From NCBI GenBank assembly GCA_047602205.1, contig JASGHX010000001.1:3714601-3778600 (forward strand): a DNA stretch of 64,000 nucleotides, in the 5' to 3' direction. The position numbers were made by a program, and so were the translations under genes. The DNA is from Rubrivivax sp. (lineage in GTDB: Bacteria > Pseudomonadota > Gammaproteobacteria > Burkholderiales > Burkholderiaceae_C). This document shows positions 10,803 through 21,134 of this stretch, piece after piece. How positions within the stretch are numbered: position 1 is the stretch's first letter; the number at the start of each line of letters is the position of its first letter. A model generated the notes under the pieces. The model saw only the letters and a list, made by a program, of their open reading frames with translations, was not told where the DNA came from and did no database searches.

Positions 10803-11904
10803 TCAATACAACGCGGGGCCGCTGAAGCCGGCCGGCAAGCCGGCGTCGAGCTCGCCTTGCACGCTGTCGAACACGTGGTCCTCGGGCTGCGCCTGGTCGT
10901 CGGCGACGTCGCTGAGCAGCGCCGCGGCGCAGCGGATCAGCGGCCAGGTCCAGCGTGGCGCCGGTGCCGTCCATGCTGTCCATGCCCAGCTCCAGCAGCG
11001 CCGAGGCGTTGAACAAGCCCAGGGCCTGGTCGATGCCCTGGTGCTGGCGGCTGCGGCAGAACACGCAGTAGTCGGTGACCGCGGGCGCGATGCGCGAGGC
11101 CACCATCAGCGCCGCGCAGGCGGCCATGCCGTCCACCACCAGCAGGTGGCGGCGGCTGGAGGCCACCAGCATCACGCCCACCATCACCGCGATGTCGAAG
11201 CCGCCCAAGGCGGCCAGCACCGGCGACGGCTCCACCGCGTCGCGGTGGCGCGCCAGCGCGCCCTGGCCCAGGCGCACCAGGCGCGCCAGCTCGTCGCGGC
11301 CCATCTCGGGGCCGCTGCGCAGCAGGTCGGCCAGCGGGCAGTCGGTCAGGCGCGAGAGCACCAGCGCGGCGCTGAAGTCGGCGCCGACGCCCAGGCCGGC
11401 GAAGATCGCGAAGTTGCCGCGCAGCCGCTGGCCGAGCTGCATGCCGGCGCGCATCGCGGCCTGCGCCTGGTCGGCCGACATCGCGGCGCTGAGCCGCGCG
11501 TTGCGGCTGCCGTGGGCGATCTTGCGCATCAGCAGCCGGTCGTGCGCCTGCAGGTTGGAGGCCATGCCGCAGTCGACCACCGACAGCTCGAGCTGCTGCG
11601 CCTGCGCGAAGGCGGCCAGCGGCAGGTAGCCGTCGAGCAGCAGGCGCACCTGCTCGTGGGTCTGCGGCGCGTCGGCCGGGGCGATGCCTTCGACGGCGAT
11701 GCCGTGGTCGGCGGCGAACACCAGCAGCTGCGGATCGGTGAAGCGCGGCTTCAGGCTGCGCTGCATCAGGCCCAGGCGCAGCGCCAGCGGCTCGAGCTGC
11801 CCCAAGTGGCCGCCCGCCTCGCCGCGCCGGCGCAGCGTCTGCGCGAGCTCGTGCTCCAGCGCCGGGTGCGAGGTGGGCGAGACCAGCGAACGGTTGGGCT
11901 GCAT
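10803..11904 (-). CDS. cobT: CobT-family (nicotinate-nucleotide-DMB phosphoribosyltransferase) paralog with degenerate motifs; +1 frameshift at about 10949
   Basis: GHLGQLEPLALRL, LLVFAADHGIA, VDCGM, RKIAHGSRN, LGGFDIAVMVG, VVDG, LLELGMDSMDGTGATL, then shifted frame WPLIRCAAALLSDV ending at TGA 10803. Span 1102 = 3n+1. Confidence 0.8.
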
Positions 11905-11942
11905 GGCCGGCAGTCTATGCGGCGCGCTTCAAAGCGGGAACC

Positions 11943-13544
11943 TCAGCGCAGGAACAGCCGGTAGACCGGGTTGGCCGTTTCCTCGACGTGCGGATAGGCC
12001 AGCGACTTCAGGAACTGCCGGAAGGCCTTCTCGTCGCCCGGCGGCACCTGGATGCCCACCAGGATGCGGCCGTAGTCGGCGCCCTGGTTGCGGTAGTGGA
12101 ACAGGCTGATGTTCCAGCTCGGGTGCAGCGCGGCCAGGAAGCGCATCAGCGCGCCGGGCCGCTCGGGGAACTCGAAGCGAAACAGCCGCTCGTCGCGCGC
12201 CAGCTCGGAGTGGCCGCCGACCATGTGGCGCACGTGTTCCTTGGCCAGTTCGTCGTCGGTCAGGTTGACGGTGGCGAAGCCGTGGCGCACGAAGTGTCGC
12301 TCGATGCGCTCGGCCTCGTCGCGGCGGCTGATGGTCAGGCCGACGAAGACGTGCGCCACGCGCTCGTCGGAGATGCGGTAGTTGAACTCGGTCACCGAGC
12401 GCGGGCCGATCAGCTCGCAGAAGCGCTTGAACGAGCCGCGCTCCTCGGGGATGGTGACGGCGAACAAGGCCTCGCGCTGCTCGCCGAACTCGGCGCGCTC
12501 GGCGACGAAGCGCAACCGGTCGAAGTTCATGTTGGCGCCGCAGGTCACGGCCACGAAGGTCTGGCCCTTGCACTTGTGCCGCGCCACCCACTGCTTGATG
12601 CCGGCCACGCCCATCGCGCCGGAGGGCTCCATCACGCTGCGCGTGTCCTGGAAGATGTCCTTGATCGCGGCGCAGACCTCGTCGGTGTCGACCACTACGT
12701 AGTCGTCGACCAGCGCGCGCGCGACGCGGAAGGTCTCCTCGCCGACCAGTTTGACCGCGGTGCCATCGGCGAACAGCCCCACGTCGGCCAGCTGCACGCG
12801 CTTGCCGGCGCGCACCGAGCGCAGCATCGCGTCGCTGTCGACCGTCTGCACGCCGATCACCCGCACCTCCGGCCGCACCGCCTTGAGGTAGGCGGCCACG
12901 CCCGAGATCAGCCCACCGCCGCCGATGGCGACGAACACCGCGTCCAGCGGGCCCTGGTGCTGGCGCAGGATCTCCATGCCCACGGTGCCCTGGCCGGCGA
13001 TCACGTCGGGGTCGTCGAAGGGGTGGACGAAGGTCAGGCCTTGGGCCTTCTGCAGCTCGGCGGCGTGCAGGTAGGCGTCGGAATAGCTGTCGCCGTGCAG
13101 CACCACCTCGCCGCCCAGCCCCTGCACCGCATCGACCTTGACCCGCGGCGTCGTCACCGGCATCACGATCACTGCGCGGCAGCCCAGGCGGCGCGCGCCC
13201 AGTGCCACGCCCTGCGCGTGGTTGCCGGCCGACGCGCAGATCACGCCCTGGCGCAGCTGCTCCGGCGTCAGGTGCGCCATCTTGTTGTAGGCGCCGCGCA
13301 GCTTGAAGCTGAAGACGGCCTGCTGGTCCTCGCGCTTGAGCAGCACGTGGTTGCCCAGGCGCCGCGAGAGGTTGCGCGCCGGCTGCAGCGGCGATTCGCG
13401 CGCCACGTCGTAGACGCGCGCCGAGAGGATGCGGCGCAGGTAATCGGCGGCGATGCGCGCGCCCTTGGCGCTGATGTTGACAGCGCCCTTGGCGCTGGTG
13501 CCGGCCGGCTCGGATGTCGGGACGGCGGCGGCGCTACGGGGCAT
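11943..13544 (-). CDS. ilvA: Biosynthetic threonine dehydratase (threonine ammonia-lyase)
   Basis: LLKREDQQAVFSFKLRGAYNK PLP lysine, SAGNHAQGV, HPFDDPDVIAGQGT, C-terminal ACT repeats IPEERGSF / FPERPGAL; start chosen at ATG 13544. Confidence 0.96.
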   Translation of the reverse strand: MPRSAAAVPTSEPAGTSAKGAVNISAKGARIAADYLRRILSARVYDVARESPLQPARNLSRRLGNHVLLKREDQQAVFSFKLRGAYNKMAHLTPEQLRQGVICASAGNHAQGVALGARRLGCRAVIVMPVTTPRVKVDAVQGLGGEVVLHGDSYSDAYLHAAELQKAQGLTFVHPFDDPDVIAGQGTVGMEILRQHQGPLDAVFVAIGGGGLISGVAAYLKAVRPEVRVIGVQTVDSDAMLRSVRAGKRVQLADVGLFADGTAVKLVGEETFRVARALVDDYVVVDTDEVCAAIKDIFQDTRSVMEPSGAMGVAGIKQWVARHKCKGQTFVAVTCGANMNFDRLRFVAERAEFGEQREALFAVTIPEERGSFKRFCELIGPRSVTEFNYRISDERVAHVFVGLTISRRDEAERIERHFVRHGFATVNLTDDELAKEHVRHMVGGHSELARDERLFRFEFPERPGALMRFLAALHPSWNISLFHYRNQGADYGRILVGIQVPPGDEKAFRQFLKSLAYPHVEETANPVYRLFLR

Positions 13545-13602
13545 GTCGGACCTGGGAGCTGGTGCTGGCGTGGGGGCGGCGGATGATAAGGGTCCGCCGG
13601 AC

Positions 13603-13712
13603 GAAAAAGACCCCGGTGCTTGGGGCACCGGGGTCGAATCCACCATTGGAGGAGGTGGAGGAGACAAGCGGCTGATCTTTGCGGCCCCCAGAAGGGCCAT
13701 CGAAGACCGATG
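13603..13712 (-). ncRNA. Small RNA with CUCCUCC anti-Shine-Dalgarno motifs, resembling the betaproteobacterial toxic sRNA family
   Basis: Minus strand: 5' hairpin catcg-gtctt-cgatg, then TTGTCTCCTCCACCTCCTCCAATGGTGGA, then an 11-bp terminator stem and T5. Sigma70-like promoter directly upstream. Confidence 0.72.
13604..13635 (-). terminator. Intrinsic terminator of the sRNA, about 60 nt upstream of ilvA
   Basis: gaccccggtgc-cccaa-gcaccggggtc followed by ttttt on the minus strand. Confidence 0.85.
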
Positions 13713-13718
13713 CGACGG

Positions 13719-13746
13719 AGTCTAGCACCTGATTGCTGCAGTGCAA
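13719..13746 (-). promoter_or_regulatory. Putative sigma70 promoter for the sRNA
   Basis: Minus strand TTGCAC-N16-TAGACT. Confidence 0.55.
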
Positions 13747-13809
13747 TACGCCATCGGGGGGTCTTTAGGGGGAGTTCTCCAGCCGCGGTGACGGGCGGCA
13801 CAATCGCCG

Positions 13810-14235
13810 GTGATGGAATGCACAGTCAACTGGGTGCCCGCGATGGGCATGGGCTTCGTCGCCGAGACCGGCAGCGGGCATGTCTTGACGATGGACGGCG
13901 CGCCCGACGGCGGCGGCCGCGACCTGGCGCCGCGCCCGATGGAAACCGTGCTGGCCGGCACCGGCGGCTGCACCGCCTACGACGTGGTGCTGATCCTCAA
14001 GCGCGGCCGCCACGAGGTGCGCGGCTGCCAGGTGCGCATCGAGGCCGACCGCGCCGAGACCGATCCCAAGGTCTTCACGCGCATCCACATGCACTTCACC
14101 GTCACCGGCAAGGGCCTGCCGCCCGGCGCGGTGGAGCGCGCGATCGCGCTGTCGCACGAGCGTTACTGCTCGGCCAGCATCATGCTGGGCAAGACCGCGG
14201 CGATCAGCACCAGCCACGAGATCGTCGAAGTCTGA
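13810..14235 (+). CDS. OsmC/YhfA family protein
   Basis: FVAETGSGHVLTMDG, PRPMETVLAGTGGCTAYDVV, LSHERYCSASIML (two conserved Cys). Confidence 0.9.
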   Translation: MMECTVNWVPAMGMGFVAETGSGHVLTMDGAPDGGGRDLAPRPMETVLAGTGGCTAYDVVLILKRGRHEVRGCQVRIEADRAETDPKVFTRIHMHFTVTGKGLPPGAVERAIALSHERYCSASIMLGKTAAISTSHEIVEV

Positions 14236-14237
14236 TC

Positions 14238-14861
14238 CTAGAGACGGTAGGCGGTGGTGGTCATCACCTTGGCCGCGGCCCGCATCAGCCAGCGCGCCGG
14301 CGCCGGCAGCGGCAGCCCGCCGGCGGCCGCGGCGTCTTCGGCATGGCGGGCCTCGTCGATGCGCATCTGCTCGACGATGGCGCGCGAGCGGCCGTCGGCC
14401 GCCGGCAGCCGGTCCAGGTGGCCGGCCAGATGCTGCTCGACCTGGCGCTCGGTCTCGATCACGAAGCCCAGGCTGCGCGCGTCGCCCAGCCGGCCCGCCA
14501 GCACGCCGATGGCAAAGGAGCCGGCGTACCACAGTGGGTTCAGCAGGCTGGGGCGGTCGCCCAGCTCCTGCAGCCGCTGTGCGGTCCAGGCCAGGTGGTC
14601 CTGCTCGTCGCGGGCGGCCGCCTGCATGCGCGTACGCAGGCCCGGCGTGCGCGCCGTCAGCGCCTGCGCCTGGTACAGCGCCTGGGCGCAGACCTCGCCG
14701 ACGTGATTCACCCGCATCAACGCGCCGGCCAGCGGGCGCTGGTCCGCGGCCAGCCCGTCGGGCTGGCGGTCGCCGGGGCTGGGGCGCGAGGCGACGGGCG
14801 CGCCGGCCAGCGTTCTGAGCGCGTTGTCAGCGCTCACTATCAGTTTGTCGATGGGATTCAC
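14238..14861 (-). CDS. coq7: Demethoxyubiquinone hydroxylase Coq7 (di-iron)
   Basis: [53 protein letters not shown]. Confidence 0.95.
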   Translation of the reverse strand: MNPIDKLIVSADNALRTLAGAPVASRPSPGDRQPDGLAADQRPLAGALMRVNHVGEVCAQALYQAQALTARTPGLRTRMQAAARDEQDHLAWTAQRLQELGDRPSLLNPLWYAGSFAIGVLAGRLGDARSLGFVIETERQVEQHLAGHLDRLPAADGRSRAIVEQMRIDEARHAEDAAAAGGLPLPAPARWLMRAAAKVMTTTAYRL

Positions 14862-15085
14862 GGTGGCTGCCGAGGATAGCCCAGGCCGAGCGCCGGGCTG
14901 CCAAGCATTTCACGTTGTTGCGGTACCACAGCGCAGCCCGAATTCGGGCCCTTGTTCTTTGCAAGCGGTGGGGGGGTCTGGTGAAATTGCGGCAACTTCC
15001 GCTGCGGAGGTTGGCCTGATCAGCCCCCTTAAGGCGGGTGACCTCCCCGATCGGGACCTCTTGTTCAACCTAGGAGATAGCTGCA

Positions 15086-16157
15086 ATGAAAAAATCTCTG
15101 CTCGCCCTGGCCGCGCTGACCGCGTTCGCCGGTGCCGCATCCGCCCAGTCGTCGGTGACTCTGTTCGGTATCGTTGACGCGGGCGTCGCCCGCATTTCCG
15201 CGGGTGGCAAGTCGGTCACCGGCATGACGAACTCGGGCTACAACAGCAGCCGTCTGGGTTTCCGTGGTGTTGAAGATCTGGGCGGCGGTCTGCGCGCCGA
15301 GTTCTGGATCGAAGGCCAGTTGTTCAACGATTCCGGCGATGGTCGCAATACCGGCACTGCCTTGGATTTCCAACGCCGTTCGACGGTCGCTTTGGCCGGT
15401 AACTTCGGTGAAATCCGCCTCGGACCGCGACTACACCCCGACCTTCTGGAACCTGACCGCCTACGATCCGTTCGGCACCAACGGCATCGGTCAGGCCATG
15501 ACGATCGGCGCGATCGGCGCGAGCGGCTCGGCGACCAACACGGCTACCGCCGTGCGCTCGAATAACGCCATCAGTTACTTCCTGCCCAGTAGCCTGGGCG
15601 GTATCCAGGGCTGGGTGATGTACGCCTTTGGCGAGAACCCCAGCGGCGGCGTCAAGACCAACAATTACCTGGGCTTCCGCTTTGGCTATGCGGCCGGCCC
15701 GATCTCGGCCCACGTCGCCTACAGCAAGACCGAAGGCGCCACCGATGCGGCGGACTACAAGGTGCTGAACTTCGGCGCGTCGTTCGATGCCGGCGTCGTC
15801 AAGCCGACCTTGGTCGTCCACCAAGAGAAGAATGGCGCTGGCATGAAGGTGCTGTCGATTGAGCCGGGCGTCATGGTGCCGGTCGGCCCCATGGGTGTGC
15901 TCCGCGCGTCTTACGCTCGTCATGACATCAAGGACAGCGACAACGACTGGAACAAGATCGCCGTCGGCTATCTGCATAACCTGTCGAAGCGCACCACGCT
16001 GTACGCGACCTACGCGCGCGTCAGCAACAAGGGCGTGCAGAACCGTACCGTTGGCAACAACGGGATCAATAACGGTTTGAATGGCGCGACCACTATCGTC
16101 TCCAGCCCTGGCGGCAACTCCAGCGGCGTCGAATTCGGCGTCCGTCACTCGTTCTGA
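15086..16157 (+). CDS. Gram-negative general porin (OmpC/Omp32-like), +1 frameshift at about 15424
   Basis: MKKSLLALAAL signal, SSVTLFGIVDAG, SRLGFRGVEDLGGGL, EIRLG/RDYTPTFW split across frames, YLHNLSKRTTLYATY, terminal GVRHSF. Span 1072 = 3n+1; RBS aggaga. Confidence 0.92.
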
Positions 16158-16196
16158 TCGGCCCCGGGCTTCAGGCCCGGTTGCCTGTCAACGAAG

Positions 16197-16221
16197 AACC
16201 GCCCTTCGGGGCGGTTTTTTT
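16197..16221 (+). terminator. Intrinsic terminator after the porin gene
   Basis: aaccgccc-ttcg-gggcggtt followed by a T-run. Confidence 0.9.
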
Positions 16222-16237
16222 GCGCCTGGCGTTTTCG

Positions 16238-16435
16238 CTAGCGATGCGCGGCCGACGCCGCCGAAGCGGCCGCTGCCGAAGGCAGCGTCAGCGGGCCCTT
16301 CTGCCCGCAACCCGCGGCGGCGATGGCAGACACCAGCAAAAGGACTTTGCCCAGGCGGCCGGCGCCGTGCCCGATCCGGGCCGCTACACTCGTTGCAGAC
16401 ATCGAATTCATTCTAGCGACCATGACTGCCGACAC
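16238..16435 (-). CDS. lptM: LptM/YifL-family small lipoprotein (start uncertain)
   Basis: Lipobox followed by CGQKGPLTLP; divergent from cyaY as in many proteobacteria. Confidence 0.75.
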   Translation of the reverse strand: MSAVMVARMNSMSATSVAARIGHGAGRLGKVLLLVSAIAAAGCGQKGPLTLPSAAAASAASAAHR

Positions 16436-16778
16436 GCGCGCGTCCAGCCTCAGCGACAGCGATTACCGGACGCTGACTCAAGCGCTGCTCGACGGCATCG
16501 AGGCCCGCATCGACCGCTGGCTGCAGGACGACCTGATCGACATCGACAGCCACCGCACCGGCGGCCTGCTGGAACTGGCGTTTCCCGACGGCAGCAAGAT
16601 CATCGTCAACACCCAGCCGCCGCTGCACGAGGTGTGGCTGGCGGCCAAAGCCGGCGGCTTCCACTACCGCTGGGACGGCCGGCAATGGGTGGACACGCGC
16701 GACGGCAGCGAATTCGTCGCCACCTTGTCGCGGCACGCCAGCGCCCAGGGCGGACGGCGGCTGGACTTCAGCGCTTGA
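16422..16778 (+). CDS. cyaY: Iron donor frataxin CyaY
   Basis: DIDSHRTGGLLELAFPDGSKIIVNTQPPLHEVWLAAKAGGFHY. Confidence 0.95.
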   Translation: MTADTRASSLSDSDYRTLTQALLDGIEARIDRWLQDDLIDIDSHRTGGLLELAFPDGSKIIVNTQPPLHEVWLAAKAGGFHYRWDGRQWVDTRDGSEFVATLSRHASAQGGRRLDFSA

Positions 16779-19141
16779 ACAGATCGAGGATGCTGTTGCG
16801 CTCCTCGGTCGTCGGCGCCGCCGGCACGCTGTCCTCGAGGCCCAGGCTCTGGACGCCGGCGCCCTGCGTGAATTCCTCGTAGGCCCAGCCGCCGCCGCTG
16901 GGCACCACGCCCGGCGGCGCGGTCGGCTCCTGCACCGGCACGCCCTTGAGCGCCTGGGCCATCCACTCGATCCACACCGGCAGCGCCAGTCCGCCGCCGG
17001 TTTCGCGGTCGCCCAGCTTGCGCGGGTTGTCGTAGCCGATCCACACCACCGCGGTGACCGTCGGCTGGAAGCCGGCGAACCAGGCGTCCATCGAGTCGTT
17101 GGTGGTGCCGGTCTTGCCGTAGATGTCGGTGCGCCTGAGCAACTGCTGGGCGCGCGCGGCGGTGCCGTAGCGGGTGACGGCCTGCAGCAGCGAGCTCATC
17201 ACGAAGGCGTTGCGGGCGTCCAGCGTGCGCGCTTCCTCGTCGGCCGGCGCCGGCGGCGAGTTGACCAGCACGCGGCCCTTGCCGTCGACGATGCGGGCGA
17301 TCAGGTGCGGCGTGACGTGCAGCCCGCCGTTGGCGAAGGTGCTGTAGGCCACCGCCATCTGCAGCGGCGTGACCGAACCGGCGCCGAGCGCCATCGTCAG
17401 GTAGGCCGGATGCTTCTCCGCCTCGAAGCCGAAGCGCTGGATCCAGTCCTGCGCGAACGACGGGCCGATGGCCTGCAGGATGCGGATCGACACCATGTTC
17501 TTCGAGCGCGCCAGCGCCGTCATCAGCGGCATCGGGCCGTCGAACTTGCCGTCATAGTTCTTGGGCTCCCAGGGCTGGCTGCCGGTGACGTCGGCGGCGA
17601 AGAACAGCGGCGCGTCGTTGACCACGGTGGCCGGCGTGAAGCCTTTCTCCAGCGCCGCCGAATAGATGAAGGGCTTGAAGCTCGAGCCCGGCTGCCGCCG
17701 AAGCCTGGGTGACGTGGTTGAACTTGCTCTTGCCGAAGTCGAAGCCGCCCACCAGCGCCCGGACGGCGCCGCTGCGCGGGTCCAGCGCGACGAAGGCACC
17801 TTCCACCTCGGGCAACTGGGTCAGCCGCCATTCACCCTTGGATCCCTTGAGCGCCCGCACCACGGCGCCGCGGCGGATCTGCACCTTGGGCCCGGCCTTG
17901 TCGGCCAGCCCCGAGGTGACGGGCCTCAGGCCGTCGCCGGTGACGGTGATCGAGTCGCCCGACTGCAGCATCGCCACCACCTTGCGCGGCGAGGCCTCCA
18001 GCACCACGGCCGAGCGCAGGTCGTCGTTGTCGGGGTGCTCGTTCAAGGCCTCGGCGACGCGGGCGTCGATCTGAGCCGGGTCGGCCGGCAGGTCGACGTA
18101 GGCCTCGGGGCCGCGGTAGACCTGCCGCAGCTCGTAATCCATCAGCCCGCGGCGCAGCGCGCGATAGGCGGCTGTCTGGTCGGCGGCTTTGAGCGTCAGG
18201 TAGACGTTCAGGCCGCGGCTGTAGGTCTCCTCGCCATACTGCGCGAAGACGAGCTGGCGCGCGTTCTCGGCCACGAACTCGGCGTGCACCGCGGCGTCGG
18301 ACGGCGTGCGGTAGCGCAGCACCTCGTCGAGCGCGGCATCGTGCTGCTCCTCGGTGATGAAGCCGTTCTCGAACATGCGCTCGATCACGTAGCGCTGGCG
18401 CGCGCGCGCGCGCTTGGGGTTGGACACCGGGTTGTAGGCCGACGGCGCCTTGGGCAGGCCGGCGAGCATCGCCGCCTCGGCGATGCTGATGTCCTTGAGC
18501 GGCTTGCCGAAGTAGACCTCCGCCGCGGCCGCGAAGCCGCTGGCCCGCTGGCCGAGGTAGATCTGGTTCATGTATAGCTCGAGGATCTGGTCCTTGCTGA
18601 GCACGCTCTCGATGCGGAAGGCGAGCAGGATCTCGTAGATCTTGCGGGTGAAGGTCTTCTCGGTGCTGAGGTAGAAGTTGCGCGCCACCTGCATCGTGAT
18701 GGTCGAGGCGCCCTGGCTGCGCGCCTCGCGCAGGTTCTCCAGCGCGGCGCGCGCCATGCCCTTGAAGTCCAGCCCGCCGTGCTGGTAGAAGCGCGCGTCC
18801 TCGGCGGCGATCACGGCCTCGCGCATCACCTGCGGGATCTGGGCGATGGGGACGAAGTTGCGCCGCTCCTCGCCGAACTCGCCCAGCAGCACGCCGTCCG
18901 CAGAGAACACCCGCAGCGGCAGCTTGGGCCGGTAGTCGGCCAGGCTGGCGACGTCGGGCAGGTTGGGGTAGGCCACGGCCAGCGCCACCGCGGCCACCAG
19001 CAACACGCCGACGAACGCGGCCACCGCACCGCCCAGCAGCCACAGCAGGCCGCGCAGCAACGGGTGGCGGCGCCGGCGCATCGGCGCAGGGGCTCCTTCG
19101 GCGGGGGGCGGTGGCGGATTCTCGGGCTCGTCGGCGGGCAT
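16768..19141 (-). CDS. mrcA: Penicillin-binding protein 1A, +1 frameshift at about 17700
   Basis: TG motifs AAEDARFYQHGG, QGASTITMQVARNF, RKIYE; TP motifs RQPGSSFK, SKN, KTGTTN. Split at NHVTQA/RQPGSS; span 2374 = 3n+1; divergent from pilM. Confidence 0.95.
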
Positions 19142-19423
19142 GGGCGTCCCGAAGAAGTGCTGCGCGGATTATAGAAACCGCATCCCGAAGGCTCTGGATG
19201 GCGTGCGCCGGCGCTTCGTGCGCACCGCCGAGGCCGATCCGTGAAAACCCTCAAAACACGATTGCGGCTTGTTTCAGCTGGCGCCGAATCCGTCGGTCAA
19301 TCACAACGGCTGCAGGGATTGGACGGGCCTTTTTTCATTGGAGTACAAGGGCTTTACTGCTAGCATTGAAGTAACTTCTTAACAAGCTTGGCGCCTCGCT
19401 GGGTGCATGAGGAGTGCTCCGAA

Positions 19424-20503
19424 GTGAGTTTCCTGGATCGACTGCTGGGCCGTAAATCGCCGCCGATGATCGGCCTGGATGTCAGCTCGTCCAGCGTCAA
19501 GCTGGTGGAACTGGGCCAGACCTCGTCGGGCGAGTACGTGCTCGAGCGCTTTGCGCTGGAGCCGTTCGAGAAGGGCTGGATCACCGACGGCCAGATCGAG
19601 AAGTTCGACGAGGTCGCCGAGGCCGTGCGCCGGGTGGTCAGCAAGAGCGGCACCCGCACCAAGCAGGTGGTGATGGCGATGCCGCAGTCGTCGGTCATCA
19701 CCAAGAAGATCGTGCTGCCCGCCGGCCTGCGTGAAGAAGAGATGGAACTGCAGGTCGAGTCCGAGGCCAACCAGTACATCCCGTTCTCGCTGGACGAAGT
19801 GAGCCTCGACTTCTGTGTGATCGGTCCCAGCCCGACCTCGCTGGGCGACGTTGAAGTGCTGATCGCCGCCTCGCGCAAGGACCGCGTGCAGGACCGCCAG
19901 GGCCTGGCGGAAGCCGCCGGCCTGACGCCGGTGATCCTGGACATCGAATCGCACGCCTCGCGGCTGGCGATGAGCCGCGTGATCGCCGCGCTGCCCAACG
20001 AGGGGCGCGACGCGCTGGTGGCGCTGTTCGAGATCGGCGCCGACACCACCAGCCTGAAGGTGCTGCGCGACGACGAGCAGCTCTACGACCGCGACCAGGC
20101 CTTCGGCGGCGCCCAGCTCACGCAGCTGATCTCGCGCCAGTACGGCTTCTCGTTCGAGGAGGCCGAGCAGAAGAAGCTCGCCGGCGACCTGCCCGAGGAC
20201 TACGAGACCACCATCCTCGGTCCCTTCGTCGACAGCCTGTCGCAGGAGATCGGCCGCGCGCTGCAGTACTTCTTCACCAGCACCCCGCACCACAAGGTGC
20301 ACTACGTGATGCTGGCCGGCGGCACCGCCACGCTGCCCGGGCTGAAGGACCGCGTGACCGACCTGACCGGCTTCGCCTCGATGGTGGTCAACCCCTTCGA
20401 CAGCATGCAGCTCGGATCCTCGGTGCGCGAGAACCGGATCCGGCGTGAGGCCGCGTCCTACCTCACGGCCTGCGGCCTGGCGATGCGGAGGTTCGTGCAG
20501 TGA
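19424..20503 (+). CDS. pilM: Type IV pilus alignment protein PilM
   Basis: IGLDVSSSSVKLVEL, EANQYIPFSLDEVSLDF, LAGG, ACGLAMR; GTG start at 19424. Confidence 0.95.
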   Translation: MSFLDRLLGRKSPPMIGLDVSSSSVKLVELGQTSSGEYVLERFALEPFEKGWITDGQIEKFDEVAEAVRRVVSKSGTRTKQVVMAMPQSSVITKKIVLPAGLREEEMELQVESEANQYIPFSLDEVSLDFCVIGPSPTSLGDVEVLIAASRKDRVQDRQGLAEAAGLTPVILDIESHASRLAMSRVIAALPNEGRDALVALFEIGADTTSLKVLRDDEQLYDRDQAFGGAQLTQLISRQYGFSFEEAEQKKLAGDLPEDYETTILGPFVDSLSQEIGRALQYFFTSTPHHKVHYVMLAGGTATLPGLKDRVTDLTGFASMVVNPFDSMQLGSSVRENRIRREAASYLTACGLAMRRFVQ

Positions 20504-21126
20504 TCCTGATCAACCTGCTGCCTCACCGCGAGGCGAAGCGGCGCCAACGCAAGCAGGCGTTCTTCGCCGGCGTGGCCGCGGCGGTGGTCGCGGGCCTCGT
20601 GATCGCCGGCGTCTGGTACCTGGTGCTGCAGCAGTTGATGGCCAACCAGCAGGCCCGCACGCAGTTCCTCAATGAAGAGATCGCACGGCTGGACGTGCAG
20701 ATCAAGGACATCGCGTCGCTGCGCGCCGAGATCGACGCGCTGAAGGCGCGGCAGAAGGCGGTGGAAGACCTGCAGACCGACCGCAACACCCCGGTGCGGC
20801 TGCTCGACGAGCTGGTCAAGCAGCTGCCCGAAGGCGTCTACGTCACATCGCTCAAGCAGACCGGCTACCAGGTCGAGGTGGTGGGCATCGCGCAGTCCAA
20901 CGAGCGCGTGGCCGAGCTGCTGCGCAACCTGCTCTACAACGCCACCTGGCTGGAGCACCCCGAGCTCAGCGAGATCCGGGCGGAGAACGTCAACACCGGT
21001 GGCAAGGAGCTGCGGCGCCTGTTCCGCTACACCTTGAAGGTGCGCATCAAGCAGCCGGTGGTGCCGGCGGCCGCGGCCGCCGCGTCGGCGCCGGCCTCGG
21101 CCCCGGCCAAGGCCAAGGCTTCGTGA
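20500..21126 (+). CDS. pilN: Type IV pilus protein PilN
   Basis: MILINLLPHRE motif, single TM, coiled coil, GIAQSNERVAELLRNL. Confidence 0.95.
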   Translation: MILINLLPHREAKRRQRKQAFFAGVAAAVVAGLVIAGVWYLVLQQLMANQQARTQFLNEEIARLDVQIKDIASLRAEIDALKARQKAVEDLQTDRNTPVRLLDELVKQLPEGVYVTSLKQTGYQVEVVGIAQSNERVAELLRNLLYNATWLEHPELSEIRAENVNTGGKELRRLFRYTLKVRIKQPVVPAAAAAASAPASAPAKAKAS

Positions 21127-21134
21127 GGGACGCG

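Noticed and set aside
13534-13746. 70-aa ORF as an ilvA attenuator leader peptide
   Set aside because: No run of Ile/Thr/Leu/Val control codons and it extends through the terminator; the anti-SD sRNA model explains the sequence better.
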